Notes: generated by a model from the sequence alone, not told the origin. 63,607 nt of DNA, filler included, from Octopus bimaculoides (GCF_001194135.2; 10 parts of 10 records of this genome joined end to end with filler, not necessarily neighbours in it), one strand, 5' to 3'; shown: positions 12,125-24,286, numbered from the whole stretch's first letter. Made by a program: numbers and translations.

Positions 12125-13130
12125 CATCATCATTATCATCATCATTTAACATCCACTGTCCATGCGGGCATGGGTTGGACGGTTTGACTGGCTGGCTCAC
12201 TAGAAGTCTGTGCCAGGCTCCAGTCTGATTTGGTATAGTTTTCTACGACTGTATGCCATTCCTAATGCCAACCACTCCAAGAGTGTAATGAGTACTTTTA
12301 TGTACCACCAGCACGGGTGCCATTTGTGTGACACTGGTATCTGTCATTACTGTGATTTTGCTTAGCTTGATGGGTCTTTTCCTCAAGCACGACATAATGT
12401 CAAAGGCCTTGGTCATTGCCTCTATGAAGTCCAACACTCGAGGCCCAACACTTGAAAGGAACTCAGCCATTTGCCTTCATGAGGTCCAACGTTCAAAGGT
12501 TGATTTTTTACATGCTACCAGCATGGATGCACTTGGCTTGATGGGTCCTCTTAAGCAGAGCACAGCGCCAAAGGTCTCAGTCTCTAGTCATTGCCTCTGC
12601 GAGGCTAAAAGTTCGAAGATCATGTTTCACTACCTCGTCCTATGTCTTCCTGGATCTACCTCTACCACAGGTTCCCTCCACAATTAGAGATCAGCACTTC
12701 TTTACACAGCTGTCCTTGTCCATACACATCACATGACAATACCAGCGCAGTCATCTCTCTTGCACATCACATCTGATTCCTCTTATGCCTAACTTTTCTC
12801 TGAAGATGCTTACACTCTGTCAAACATGCACACTAACACTGCACATCAAGCGAAACATACTGGCTTCATTTCTCTTGAGCCTGCACATGTCCTCGGCTTT
12901 CACAGCTCGTGTTTCACTGCTATGCAGCATAGCTGTTCACACACCGGCATCAAACAATCTGCCTTTCACTCTGAGAGAGAGGCCTTTGTTACTAACAGGA
13001 GTAGGAACTCTCTGAATTTTACCCAGCCTAAATTTATTCTCACAGCTACGCTCTTGGAACAACGACACCTACTACTAACTTGGTCACCTAGATACTTGAA
13101 GCTATCTACTACCTCTAGCTTGCCCTACTA
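12125..13130 (-). mobile_element. RTE LINE 3' ~1 kb (RT C-terminus plus 3' UTR), decayed
   Basis: Homologous to 49680-50050 and to the RTE 3' UTR; (ATG)n tail at ~12125-12145. Confidence 0.85.
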
Positions 13131-13183
13131 GCAGTTGATGGAGTCTATTTTCTACACATGTTCAGCATTTATTATGCCTGTGC

Positions 13184-13262
<79 letters not shown>

Positions 13263-13285
13263 CATGTATACATATATATATACAT

Positions 13286-13679
13286 ATTTAAAATTTAGGG
13301 TTCAGCAAGTACCGCTTCACCACACACCGAAAATTAGAAATAGCAGCCAAAACTACTATTTCTCTACTAAAAGACGACTCCCAAAAACAGTAATACTCGC
13401 AAACTACAAAGGCAAAAAAGGAAAAAATAACGAATCTACCCGACTTTGATCAATGAGGTGTAAAAATATATTTACCCAAACATATCCTTCATCAGCACAA
13501 TCTTTCAAAATTATAAATCCGAGAATGCTAATAAAAGAATAACTAATTCAATCAGGCGACATCAAATGATTATCCAAGAACAGCATTTCCGTATTTATAT
13601 AGACGAGTGAGAAAATCGTATCATTCCTCAATTACCCACGTGTGGTGAAGCAATACTTGCTGAACCCTAAATTTTAAAT
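13286..13679. mobile_element. ~400-bp element with 40-bp terminal inverted repeats
   Basis: ATTTAAAATTTAGGGTTCAGCAAGTA..CTTCACCACAC (13286-13325) versus its reverse complement at 13640-13679, 2 mismatches; internal minus-strand CTGATGAAGG at 13486-13495. Confidence 0.75.
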
Positions 13680-14000
13680 TGTGCTTATATATTTACCGAT
13701 AATGGTTTTTAACACACTGAACTACTTGGTAAAATTACTAATCATCAATTAATTATTAATTTTTACCCTATGTCTGTATGAGTTTATATATATATGTATA
13801 TACATATATATATGGATATATATATGTGTTCGTGGGAAGAACCATTTCAACGATGCGTACTGCTTTAATTCTTCGAAACGCCGGTGTTTTAATGGTGGCA
13901 GCTGATGAAGGAGATGTTTCTATGTGGCTTGCTTGTTTGTTGTACCTTGTTTATCATTTTGTCCATGTTCTTTTGCCACATCATGTACCTCTACCACAGA

Positions 14001-14065
14001 CTACGCTGACGATCCTGCAGATATCTACTTATGTAAATTTTAACAGGTGAAACCATGGTACGTAG
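14001..14065 (+). ncRNA. Type I hammerhead ribozyme motif with full consensus core
   Basis: CTACG-CTGACGA-T-CCTG...CAGG-T-GAAAC-CATG-GTA-CGTAG. Perfect 5-bp stem I, palindromic ACCATGGT, GUA cleavage triplet. Confidence 0.85.
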
Positions 14066-14216
14066 GATAATCATTCTTTTATTTAGTATTTTTTCATTTG
14101 TCTTGCTCTTTTACAGTCTGTTGTGTCACTAAATTTTTACTGAGAACATATGTTTTTTTCGTGGTTAGATGATTCGGCATCTATTTCTAGCATATAGGAG
14201 TCCACTTTTGCTGGTC

Positions 14217-14316
14217 NNNNNNNNNNNNNNNNNNNNNNNNNNNNNNNNNNNNNNNNNNNNTTAATTAATTAANNNNNNNNNNNNNNNNNNNNNNNNNNNN
14301 NNNNNNNNNNNNNNNN
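14217..14316. other. Synthetic assembly linker 44N-TTAATTAATTAA-44N (one of nine)
   Basis: The identical cassette has its core at 14261, 37470, 39179, 41658, 51024, 55878, 57491, 60933 and 62393. The 12-mer is palindromic with stops in all six frames. Confidence 0.97.
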
Positions 14317-15096
14317 ATATCATAACACACTCTATGTAGATATATGATCGCCTCTGACTCACAGTTCTTTCCGCAAATATACCACAAGTGGATTCATAAA
14401 ACAAACAACTTTCTATATCATTATCTTTTTTATCAAACTTTGAATGTAAAAAGTCTTTTGTGTTTTTTTAAGCTGCGACGTGCGTCATTAATTTTAAACT
14501 TTCCACGAGAAGTGTGGTAGCATTTTTTCCTCCCCCCCCTCTCTCTCACTGTTTTAATCTTCACTACGTCACGAAGTCAAAAAAACCCAAACATTTAACA
14601 AACATTTACGCAAGAAATGAAATGGAGAAAGGAATGAGGGAGAAAAAAAAAACCAACGAACAAAGAGAAAGAAGCAAAATAGATTAACTCAAGTAATTAA
14701 AATAAGTCAAATATATTAATGAATTAAATAGAACAGATAAGTTATCAAACTATCGACCAGCATGTAAATACACAAAAGAATAAAGGTCGGAAGTCTTGTT
14801 TTGTTGAGTGTTTTTACTCGTCTTTTACTTGTCATGTTTCAGTTATTAGACTGCGGCCATTCAAGAATTTTAGTCGAATGAATCGACTATAGTACTTTTT
14901 TGTGTTAAAGCCAGGTCCTAATTCTATTGGTCTCTTTTGCCAAACCGCTATATTACGGGGTCGTAAAGACTCCGTAATACACCAATTGTCAAGCGGTGGT
15001 GAGAGACAAACGCGCGCGCGAGCACACGCATACGCACATACACTTTACTTGCTAACGCCCAAAGTGATATTGCAACTTGCTTTTTCTCTTCCTTAC

Positions 15097-15130
15097 TCTC
15101 TGGTGAAGAGCAAGAGTCCGAAACGTCAGA
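15097..15130 (+). ncRNA. Degenerate ultra-minimal hammerhead motif
   Basis: TCT-CTGGTGA-A-GAGC-AAGA-GTCC-GAAAC-GTC-AGA. Core position 6 is G and stem II has one mismatch. Confidence 0.5.
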
Positions 15131-15543
15131 TTTTTTAAAAACTTTTCATGGAAATTGTACTTCTATAAACTTTCCTATGAATTATCTAATGTGTCCCCAC
15201 TGTTTTTAAGATGGTAAAGTGTGATCTGGGGAAGATTTGGCTACTATTTCAGTCAGGTCAAGCAACCGCGAAGAGGTTCTTTACAGTAAATAAATTTAAT
15301 GGATATACAATTAAAATGATAGGTGACATCAGAATAAAAGATTCCAAGTTGGTTATAATTAATGTCTATAAGACAGATTGTTGGTATTCAAAGAAGAAAC
15401 AGCGTTTAAATTAAATTGCTGTTGCAATGACACTAGTTATGGAAAGAAGAACCATACAAACTAAGAGTATCATCACTTAAATGAGATCACCGTAACCAAA
15501 ACAACGACTCTGGAATTGAAAATATTACTTTGAGAGAGTAACG

Positions 15544-15616
<73 letters not shown>

Positions 15617-16842
15617 CGCTTGTATTATCACTTCTGCAATAAAAAAGCGACTACATTTAAATGGAATTAAAAGACCAAGTATGCAAATATAATCACTACT
15701 ACAGAGAGATCAACTACGCGTGCGCGCGCGACGGGTGTCTTTCAATTTCCGTCTAAGTTCACTCACAAAGCTTGGCCGGCCCTAGGCTATAGTAGAAAAC
15801 ACTTGCCCAAGGTGCCACCTCTTTTTACTCAGCAAAGCCTTGAACCAAACAAGTGAGCTTACACTGCTAATTCTAGCCGGTCAAGTGATCGGCTAGAAAT
15901 AGCAGTCAGAACACACTCAAATTACACCCATAAAAAAATAGGTCGAGAAACGAACTTCTTCACCCCACAGCATGCATGTGCTTTTGAAATCGAGATTTTA
16001 TTTTCATATTTGTTGTTTGAGTAACACGGATATCTCATTTCTATACTTGTTCACTTCATTAAATGAAATACACTGGTAAAAACGCTCTCCTAATAACGGG
16101 GATCTCAATTACGTAGTTGAATGACAATGTAATGATGTCCCCGTTAGCTCGGGGCAACGCCTAGATATTTCCTCTAGCAGAGTTTAAGAGATAACAGTAG
16201 ATCTGTTTATAAATGAATTGAAATAAAATGTGGTTGACTAGATAAGTATATAAAACGAGTTTTACATTAATAAAATATGCGAAATGCTGTTAAACCTCTC
16301 TTGAGAAATAGGGTCAACATTCAACCGGCTATGTTTAGTCAGAGTAACAGTTTTATAATAGAAGAATGCAGCCAGCGTGAAAAAAAGTCGATTAACAGTC
16401 AGTTTACTATCGTAAAAAAAAAAATTATATTAAATTGCCAAAAATAAACAATAAAAATTGTCCAAAAAAAAAAAGATAAATAATTGTAAATTGCAATAGA
16501 ACCGACAGTAACTTCGCATAATTTCATGTACGCAATATATGTGATATAACCGATGAACATAACTTCGTTCTTCGGATAGAATCTTACTCACGTGTATATT
16601 AGTTATTATTGTTATTTTGTTTTGTTTATACATTTTAGCCATTTAACTGCGGCCATGCTAGGGCACCGCCTTGAAGGGTATTAATCGAACAAATTGATCT
16701 CAGGACTTTTTTAAAACCTCGTACTTATTCTATTGATCTCTCTGCTGAACCGCTAAGTTACGGAGGCTTACGCTAAGCACACTGACACCAGTTGTCAAAC
16801 AGTGATGGAGGACAAACAGAAAGACACACTCACATACATACA

Positions 16843-16873
<31 letters not shown>

Positions 16874-16880
16874 GTAAGTA

Positions 16881-16954
<74 letters not shown>

Positions 16955-18011
16955 TAGATAGATAGATNNNNNNNNNNNNNNNNNNNNNNNNNNNNNNNNN
17001 NNNNNNNNNNNNNNNNNNNNNNNNNNNNNNNNNNNNNNNNNNNNNNNAAATGCACAAATAAACGGAAGACAGACACAGAAGGTCACCAAATCCTCATCAG
17101 TTATCTGCCAGAGGATCAAATACAATTTCGCGCCTTACGATAATATTGAATCCCTTCTGGTGGCGCCAGTACGACGGGCGTCTTTCAGTTTCCGTCTACC
17201 AAATCCATTCACATGGCTTTGGTCGGCCCGAAGCTAGAGTAGAAGACACTTGCTCAAGGCTCCACGCAGTGAGACTGAACCCATACCCATGTAGTTGGGA
17301 AACAAAGCTCTTTACCACGCAGCCACAGAGTCAAATAATTCTTTTCAAAAAAGGAATTGGCTCGTACAGTCCAAGTGAATCCACAGAAACGCCACCGCTT
17401 CTCACCAGTTCTTTCTATATGGTTCATTAATCGTGCAAGATTATTGCATTGCTTACATGTAACTGTACTGGCTATCATACATCAACATAAAATGTCATCA
17501 AATTGCCTTCTCAGTAATGTTCACTACTAGGTATAGTACGTTGAAACGGTGTACCTCAGCTGCTATTTCTGAAATACTTAACACATCACTAGAATCACTA
17601 GAATATACTTGGCTTCTAGAGGTCTGTAAACGTTGTATAATGAAGGAGTTCATTTTATGAAATTTTGCTATGTCACTGACGTCATTTCCGGTTTCTATCG
17701 CAATTTACTTTCACTTTTCTACGACTGTAAACCAAAAAGTCATATGTATATTTCGGGATATGAACATGTGAACAGCAATATAGGAGTCTAGTCTGTCTGA
17801 AACCTTGGGGTGACATAATAATTGCGGCATTTCACGGTTTGGTCGAACAGGTTAAATGACCAATCGGAATTCGAAAAAAAATTTGGCATATACAGCCTAT
17901 GATGGTGCAATATGTATTGATTATCATTGTGAAGATACTGCTATAATTTTGCCGTTCATGCTCAATTTGGTGGTCAGTAAGAGGCGACAGTAAACATTAA
18001 CAAGAAAATTG

Positions 18012-18066
<55 letters not shown>

Positions 18067-18635
18067 NNNNNNNNNNNNNNNNNNNNNNNNNNNNNNNNNN
18101 NNNNNNNNNNNNNNNNNNNNNNNNNNNNNNNNNNNNNNNNNNNNNNNNNNNNNNNNNNNNNNNNNNNNNNNNNNNNNNNNNNNNNNNNNNNNNNNNNNNN
18201 NNNNNNNNNNNNNNNNNNNNNNNNNNNNNNNNNNNNNNNNNNNNNNNNNNNNNNNNNNNNNNNNNNNNNNNNNNNNNNNNNNNNNNNNNNNNNNNNNNNN
18301 NNNNNNNNNNNNNNNNNNNNNNNNNNNNNNNNNNNNNNNNNNNNNNNNNNNNNNNNNNNNNNNNNNNNNNNNNNNNNNNNNNNNNNNNNNNNNNNNNNNN
18401 NNNNNNNNNNNNNNNNNNNNNNNNNNNNNNNNNNNNNNNNNNNNNNNNNNNNNNNNNNNNNNNNNNNNNNNNNNNNNNNNNNNNNNNNNNNNNNNNNNNA
18501 TATATATATATATATATATATATACATACATACAGATATACATACATACAGATATGTTATTGCAATTTAACCTCAGTTCAGTCCTGATCGAAAAAAACCT
18601 AAGATCATAGACGTCTTGGTGCATATCATAAATTA

Positions 18636-18829
18636 CGGGGTGTCCACAAATTAACTTTACAATTTGAAAAATTTAGTAAAAAAAATGAAGAACAGAGTTA
18701 ATGGGCAAATAAATAGCTTTATTAGAAGCATAACATTTCTATGTAGGCTCCATTGGTTGTACGCAACACATCTAGACGATACCATACAGTGAATTGTGGA
18801 AGTTGTAAAGATAATTTATGAACACCCTG
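18636..18829. mobile_element. Tc1/mariner-type MITE
   Basis: TA|CGGGGTGTCCACAAATTAACTTTACAA ... TTGTAAAGATAATTTATGAACACCCTG|TA terminal inverted repeats. Confidence 0.85.
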
Positions 18830-19743
18830 TATATTGTCCAGTATATATGCCTTTATTTAAGACGGCAAGATACGGATTGAGAGAGGTTTGGCTGCTATAT
18901 CTAGCAAACCGGGTGACTGCATAACGGCCCCATCGCTAGCTCTATTTTGTGTTGAATGAAATGAAAATAAGAAACTACGAGACCAAATCAAGTTATGAAG
19001 ATATGGTGAAGGTACATGTCCCAGTGGTAACGGGATGCATTGTGTCGTTGAGTAAAGAACGTCGTTTCTTATTACCTTAGTCAGTTCAACTGTAATGAGT
19101 TCCAGCGAAAGGCTGGTGCAGTGTTCTATCCCTCCAGTTGTCACTTCTTGATGTTCCATAAGGGTCAAAAATGAGAGGGCGAAGAAGTTGTCTCTGTCTG
19201 CTCATGAATAAATTTATACCTAAAACAACTAACGCAAGCCTTGTGTATGTTATCAAGCCGCCACTCGTGACGTCTGGCTGTACTGTATTGTACTTTATAA
19301 AAATACAACCCTTGTGCAAGTTTTATTATAAATTTGATTTCAGATTGTAAAAAGACAATGTATTCGGAACCATATCATAAAAAACAATCAGCTGTAGAAT
19401 TTCAGATATGAAAACCATTTTTTTCTCTCTTTTCAAAATATTTCTAACGTAGGCTGTGTGGTCAAAAAGATTGCATTGCAGCCACGTAGTTTCAGGTTCA
19501 ATGCGACTATGCGGCACCTTGGGCAAGTATCTTCAGCAATAGTCCCTGGCCAATCAATGCTTTGTGAGTGAATTTGGTAGACGAAATATGTGTGGAAGCC
19601 GTCGTCACTGGACTCTTCCGTTGATGAAAAATCGCCCCAATAAACCACGATGTTTGAACCTTTTTGAACTTTCTGTTTTTTTCTTATTCTGTTAAATCCG
19701 CAAGTTTTTTTTAAAATTCTCTCTCAGTTTATTTCCACGTGTT

Positions 19744-19779
19744 CCTTCTGTTGAGGAGCATAGGCTCGAAACGTAAAAG
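19744..19779 (+). ncRNA. Hammerhead-like motif with CUGUUGA core in a Penelope-like fragment (~19690-19825)
   Basis: CCTT-CTGTTGA-G-GAGC-ATAG-GCTC-GAAAC-GTA-AAAG. Confidence 0.55.
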
Positions 19780-20169
19780 ACTTTCTTACCTTTCCGAGCA
19801 CCACACTAATACATTTGCTAGTTGTTNNNNNNNNNNNNNNNNNNNNNNNNNNNNNNNNNNNNNNNNNNNNNNNNNNNNNNNNNNNNNNNNNNNNNNNNNN
19901 NNNNNNNNNNNNNNNNNNNNNNNNNNNNNNNNNNNNNNNNNNNNNNNNNNNNNNNNNNNNNNNNNNNNNNNNNNNNNNNNNNNNNNNNNNNNNNNNNNNN
20001 NNNNNNNNNNNNNNNNNNNNNNNNNNNNNNNNNNNNNNNNNNNNNNNNNNNNNNNNNNNNNNNNNNNNNNNNNNNNNNNNNNNNNNNNNNNNNNNNNNNN
20101 NNNNNNNNNNNNNNNNNNNNNNNNNNNNNNNNNNNNNNNNNNNNNNNNNNNNNNNNNNNNNNNNNNNNN

Positions 20170-20211
<42 letters not shown>

Positions 20212-20554
20212 GAACGCACATACACACAAAGAAAGAGAAAAAGTGAGAGTGTGTGCGTGCGTGCGTGTGTGTGTGAGTGTGCTTGTACCCACCACTGCTT
20301 GTTTTGGTTTAACCTCCAAGTAGGCCCTGACCGAGACATCCCAGCCACAAGTATTCTGTTTTCTTTACATGTATAATGTACTTTGGACAACAACAATTCA
20401 AAGTGTACTTGTAAGGATATAATTTGGGTGAGTTTTAACTGCTATTTTCAGCCAGTCAATTGACCATATACAAACTCCTTTGTTTGGTTCGTGGTTTTGC
20501 AGGGTAAAAGGTGAAGCAACGTTCAAATATGTGAAGGCGCATCTCAAGTAACCG

Positions 20555-20869
20555 TTAACATGAGGGTTTATATAATAAAATGTTTTCTTGAGAAGATAAA
20601 CGTCCTTCAGGATTTTCACATATTCCGTCAAGTTGCGAAACAAATACAGTGCACCGTGCAAATAATGCTTTGAAATTGTCGAGAATAATGACTGAGAGGT
20701 GTTTGCCTATCCCTGGCACATTTGCAAGATAATCATCAGAACAAGTAATGCGTTTTGGTATTACAAGGTCTGCAAGGACTTTCACCTCCCAAATTACAGA
20801 ATAGTTTTCAGGCTTCTTGCCAAGGCTCTTGGCAAATCTTTTACTAGCATAGAAGAATTTTCCAACTAG
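20555..20869 (-). other. 104-codon open frame with a helix-hairpin-helix-like motif, between direct repeats
   Basis: LVGKFFYASKRFAKSLGKKPENYSVIWEVKVLADLVIPKRITCSDDYLANVPGIGKHLSVIILDNF...; no ATG; 31-bp direct repeats at 20548 and 20982. Confidence 0.35.
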
Positions 20870-21084
20870 TTACTCTTCATCTAAGCTGCCATCACCATCG
20901 TAACTTGTTCGCTTTCAAACATCGCGCTTTATCCTCACAACAATACTTTTCGTAAACACTTTTTTCTCCAAGCTACGTTTTGTAACCGTTAACATAAGGA
21001 TTTATATAATAATAGATATATATAATAAAATGTGTTCTGTCGACGCAATCTCTATCAGATGGAAGTATACTTGTTTTCTTCATT

Positions 21085-21330
21085 GCCCACAAGGGACCAA
21101 CACAAAGACATGTGGGGACACATGTCTTTGTTTTCAGTCGTCTTTGTTAGTTTGTCTGTCTGTGGACAAGATATCTCAAGAACCGCTGGATGGATTCGGA
21201 TGAGATTTTCCTGGATGTTTAGCCTCGTGACTGAACTGATTAGATTTCGGGCTCGATCCAGTACCGTACAAGGATTCTGGATTATTTTTCTTGTATTTTT
21301 TTTTTTTTTTTACTTAACTTTTGAGAGCGG
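21085..21330 (-). mobile_element. Helentron/DINE-like non-autonomous element (second copy at ~26690-26825, +)
   Basis: Both copies share CAGTCACGAGGCTAAACATCC..ATCCGAATCCATCCAGC.GTTCTTGA.ATATCTTGTCCACAGACA followed by (CAAA/CAGA)n. The class assignment is an inference from this architecture. Confidence 0.5.
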
Positions 21331-22017
21331 TCGGGTTCATTTTTAGAATTTTCGTTTGTGAGACCAGTCGAGTTTATTTCAGATATTCTCACTTTAAAAA
21401 TCATCTCCGGCTAATTATTGAGAGGACGTTGTTTAGAAATGTTTTCATATGAGAGCAATAAGAATACGAAAATATTTATATGAGACTACAAATGTTCTGA
21501 ATCAGGAATGCACGAAAAGTTGACTTATTTTCGTTTGAGCAGGTGTGCTTCGCATTGGACTGCATCCGATAATTCGGGTTCAAAACTAAATACATTTGAA
21601 AAAAAAATAATAACTATTTCATTAGAATAACGGTGATGCCCTTGCATAGCAAGTGACTTGATCTGAGATCGTGTGCTGAAACAAAAACAATTGCAGCGTG
21701 GAAGGTCTTTATAAGCCATTTAAAAACACGCAAAAACCGTTAGATTCACTTCAACATCTAAATTTAATTTGTCAAAATATTTTCGTCGCTTTGAATCTAC
21801 GACCTGTTCACTGACAAAATTCCTCACGGAATTTTCTCACTGAACAGGTCGCTGCAATCGTTGTTGTTCATTAGAATGCTTATATATATATAAAAAAATA
21901 TTATCAGAATTTTTTAGAATTTGCTTTCAGCGCAGGTATAAGAAGAATGAAATTAAAACCCATATGTCTTTCTTTTAATACCTTCTATTTGATATCAGAT
22001 TTTTTACGCCTTGTGAA

Positions 22018-22326
22018 GGCTTAGTGGTTAGGGCATTCGGCTTACGATCGTAAGGTCGTGAGTACGATTCTCGACGGTGTGTTGTCGCCCAGAACAAGAC
22101 ACTTTACTTCTCGTTGCTTCAGTCCATTCAGCAGGCAAAAGTGAGTTGTACTTGCAATTCAGTGGGCCAGCCTTGTTATATTCGGTGCATCGTGCTGAAT
22201 CTCCCTGAGAGTTACGTTAAGTGCACGCGTGTCTGTAGAGTGCTCAGCTACTTGCACGTTAATTTTGCGATCAAGCTGTTCGGTTCATCGAATCAACTGG
22301 AACACTCGTCGTCGTAACCGACGAAG
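22018..22326 (+). mobile_element. tRNA-derived SINE family C
   Basis: GGCTTAGTGGTTAGG A box and GAGTACGATTC B-box-like; near-identical copy at 57945-58250(+); related minus copies at ~22620-22890 and 53225-53560. Confidence 0.8.
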
Positions 22327-23522
22327 AACCATGCCAAATAAAACAACTCCAGTTCAGCACTCTCACCTGAGTTTCTTCTTGGCAACCGTCCACCCTCACT
22401 CCGATAGTTTGTGTATGAACGCCCTTATCGCTAGATGAACAAAATCTTAATGGTTCACAACTATATGGGTGGCCTAAATTAACATAGGAAGCTCACACAT
22501 CGAATATCAAACGCATCTCTGTAGCGTTTCTCTTGTGTTATTAAATATACTACTTTGCAGCAGTATACCTCAGCTACTATTTCAGAAATGTTCATGTTAT
22601 CACTAGAAGATAAAGGGCAAGGGTAAAGAGCCCCTTCGGTTACGAAGGGCCATGGGGTTTTATGTAGAAAGTTACTCTGCGAGGCACGAATCCGAGCAAC
22701 GTTGTTTGTGGAAATATACACAACAGTCATCCATGCATACCAGTCTCTCCTTGCCATGTCACAGATGTTATTCAAGTGAAAGGCTAAGGTCGATACAGCT
22801 TGGCTCCAGTAATGCCGTAACTCATTTCTTCAGCTGAGTGAACTGGAGTGATAAAGTAAAATAAAGAGTCTTGCTCAAGAACACAAAGCACAAAAAAAAA
22901 AAATTTCTCAACTAAAAAATATTCATTTTCTATAAGTTATGAGGAAATAAAGTCGGGTAGGGAGCACGCTTGTATAGCTATGCTAAACTATGTCAATGAG
23001 AGAGGACAGTGTTGAGTGCTTGAGAAAGGATATATTTGTGTGTGTGTGTGTTTTGTGTGTGTGTTTTGTGTGTGTGTTTTGTGTGTGTGCGTGGGGGAGG
23101 CGGAGGTTTGTGTTTGTGTGTTTATATGTGTGTGTGTGTGTGTGTGTTTAACGGTGTAGCTAGATAAGAAAAGTGAAGGAAGGAAGAGGAGAGTCATAAG
23201 TAGGATGTTATTCAAAAAATTGCTTTTAGCACTAAATAGGTTAAGCTATTCATTCAGTGAACGTTTAGAGAAAGTTTGTGTTTGTGTGTGTGGANNNNNN
23301 NNNNGGGGGGGGGGGGGGTAAGTGTGTGTGTGCGCGCACATGTGTGAATGAGAGCGAGAAAGAAAGAGGGAGGAAGAGGGAAAGAACAGTACTAGGTTAA
23401 TGGTTCTTACTTTGTTTACTAAATATGATAGTTTTGTAATATTAATAATCTGTCGTTAAGCAGAAGTGTTAGTGTCGGCACACTACTGAGTATGCCAGGC
23501 ATCTTCCCATATAATGATGATG

Positions 23523-23554
<32 letters not shown>

Positions 23555-23561
<7 letters not shown>

Positions 23562-24118
23562 TGCCCGGATGCAGTACCAGGCAGTGGCTCTCGTGGCTTC
23601 TGATCTTAATTGATTGGAAGTGTTATCATGTACATTGTTTTGTCTTGGTATAAAAAGATGGGCTACAGCAAATATTCTGCTCAATACCACAGATTTTCTT
23701 GTCAGTTGTTTGACCTTAACCAGTTGAGCATGTCCCTTGGTGGCTGATGATATGTGCATCTCTGATCATGAGCAGAAGTAGTGGGGGAGCATCATAGCCA
23801 TGTGTTGAGAGGAATTTTGGCGGGTTTGAATAATTTACCTTTGGAAACATTGGTGTTTTGCTCAACATCCTTAAACAAACCTTATTCAGAGACCTTTTGA
23901 GCGGGATGGGCTACTCGACCTGAAGAAAATTCTAACTGGGCCCCACCGGCAAGGTCATGCGCTGTTTATCTTGATATGAGATCACCATATCGCGCACATA
24001 TGTTTGTGATGCATGTNNNNNNNNNNNNNNNNNNNNNACGAGTAGTCATGATGGGTATAATGGGCTTCGTATATTTTACCCCATTGTCACTTTGATGGTA
24101 TGCACAGCTCTCTCACTC

Positions 24119-24120
<2 letters not shown>
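23555..24120. repeat. Probable interspersed repeat of unknown class flanked by (TAA)n tracts
   Basis: Bounded by microsatellites with no ORF; recalled as a common cephalopod repeat but only one copy is in this window. Confidence 0.35.
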
Positions 24121-24155
<35 letters not shown>

Positions 24156-24286
24156 CCTTTCCACTGGAGGCACAAGGCCTCAATTTTGTGGGGTAGGGAC
24201 TAGTCGATTGTATTGACCCTAGTGTTTCAATGGTACTTAATTTATCGACCCCGAAAGGATGAAAGGCAGAGTCGACCTCGGAGGAA

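Noticed and set aside
16139-16164. Helitron-like 3' end (CCCCG/CGGGG hairpin plus CTAG)
   Set aside because: It is followed by A rather than the expected T, and no matching 5' TC end or second copy was found.
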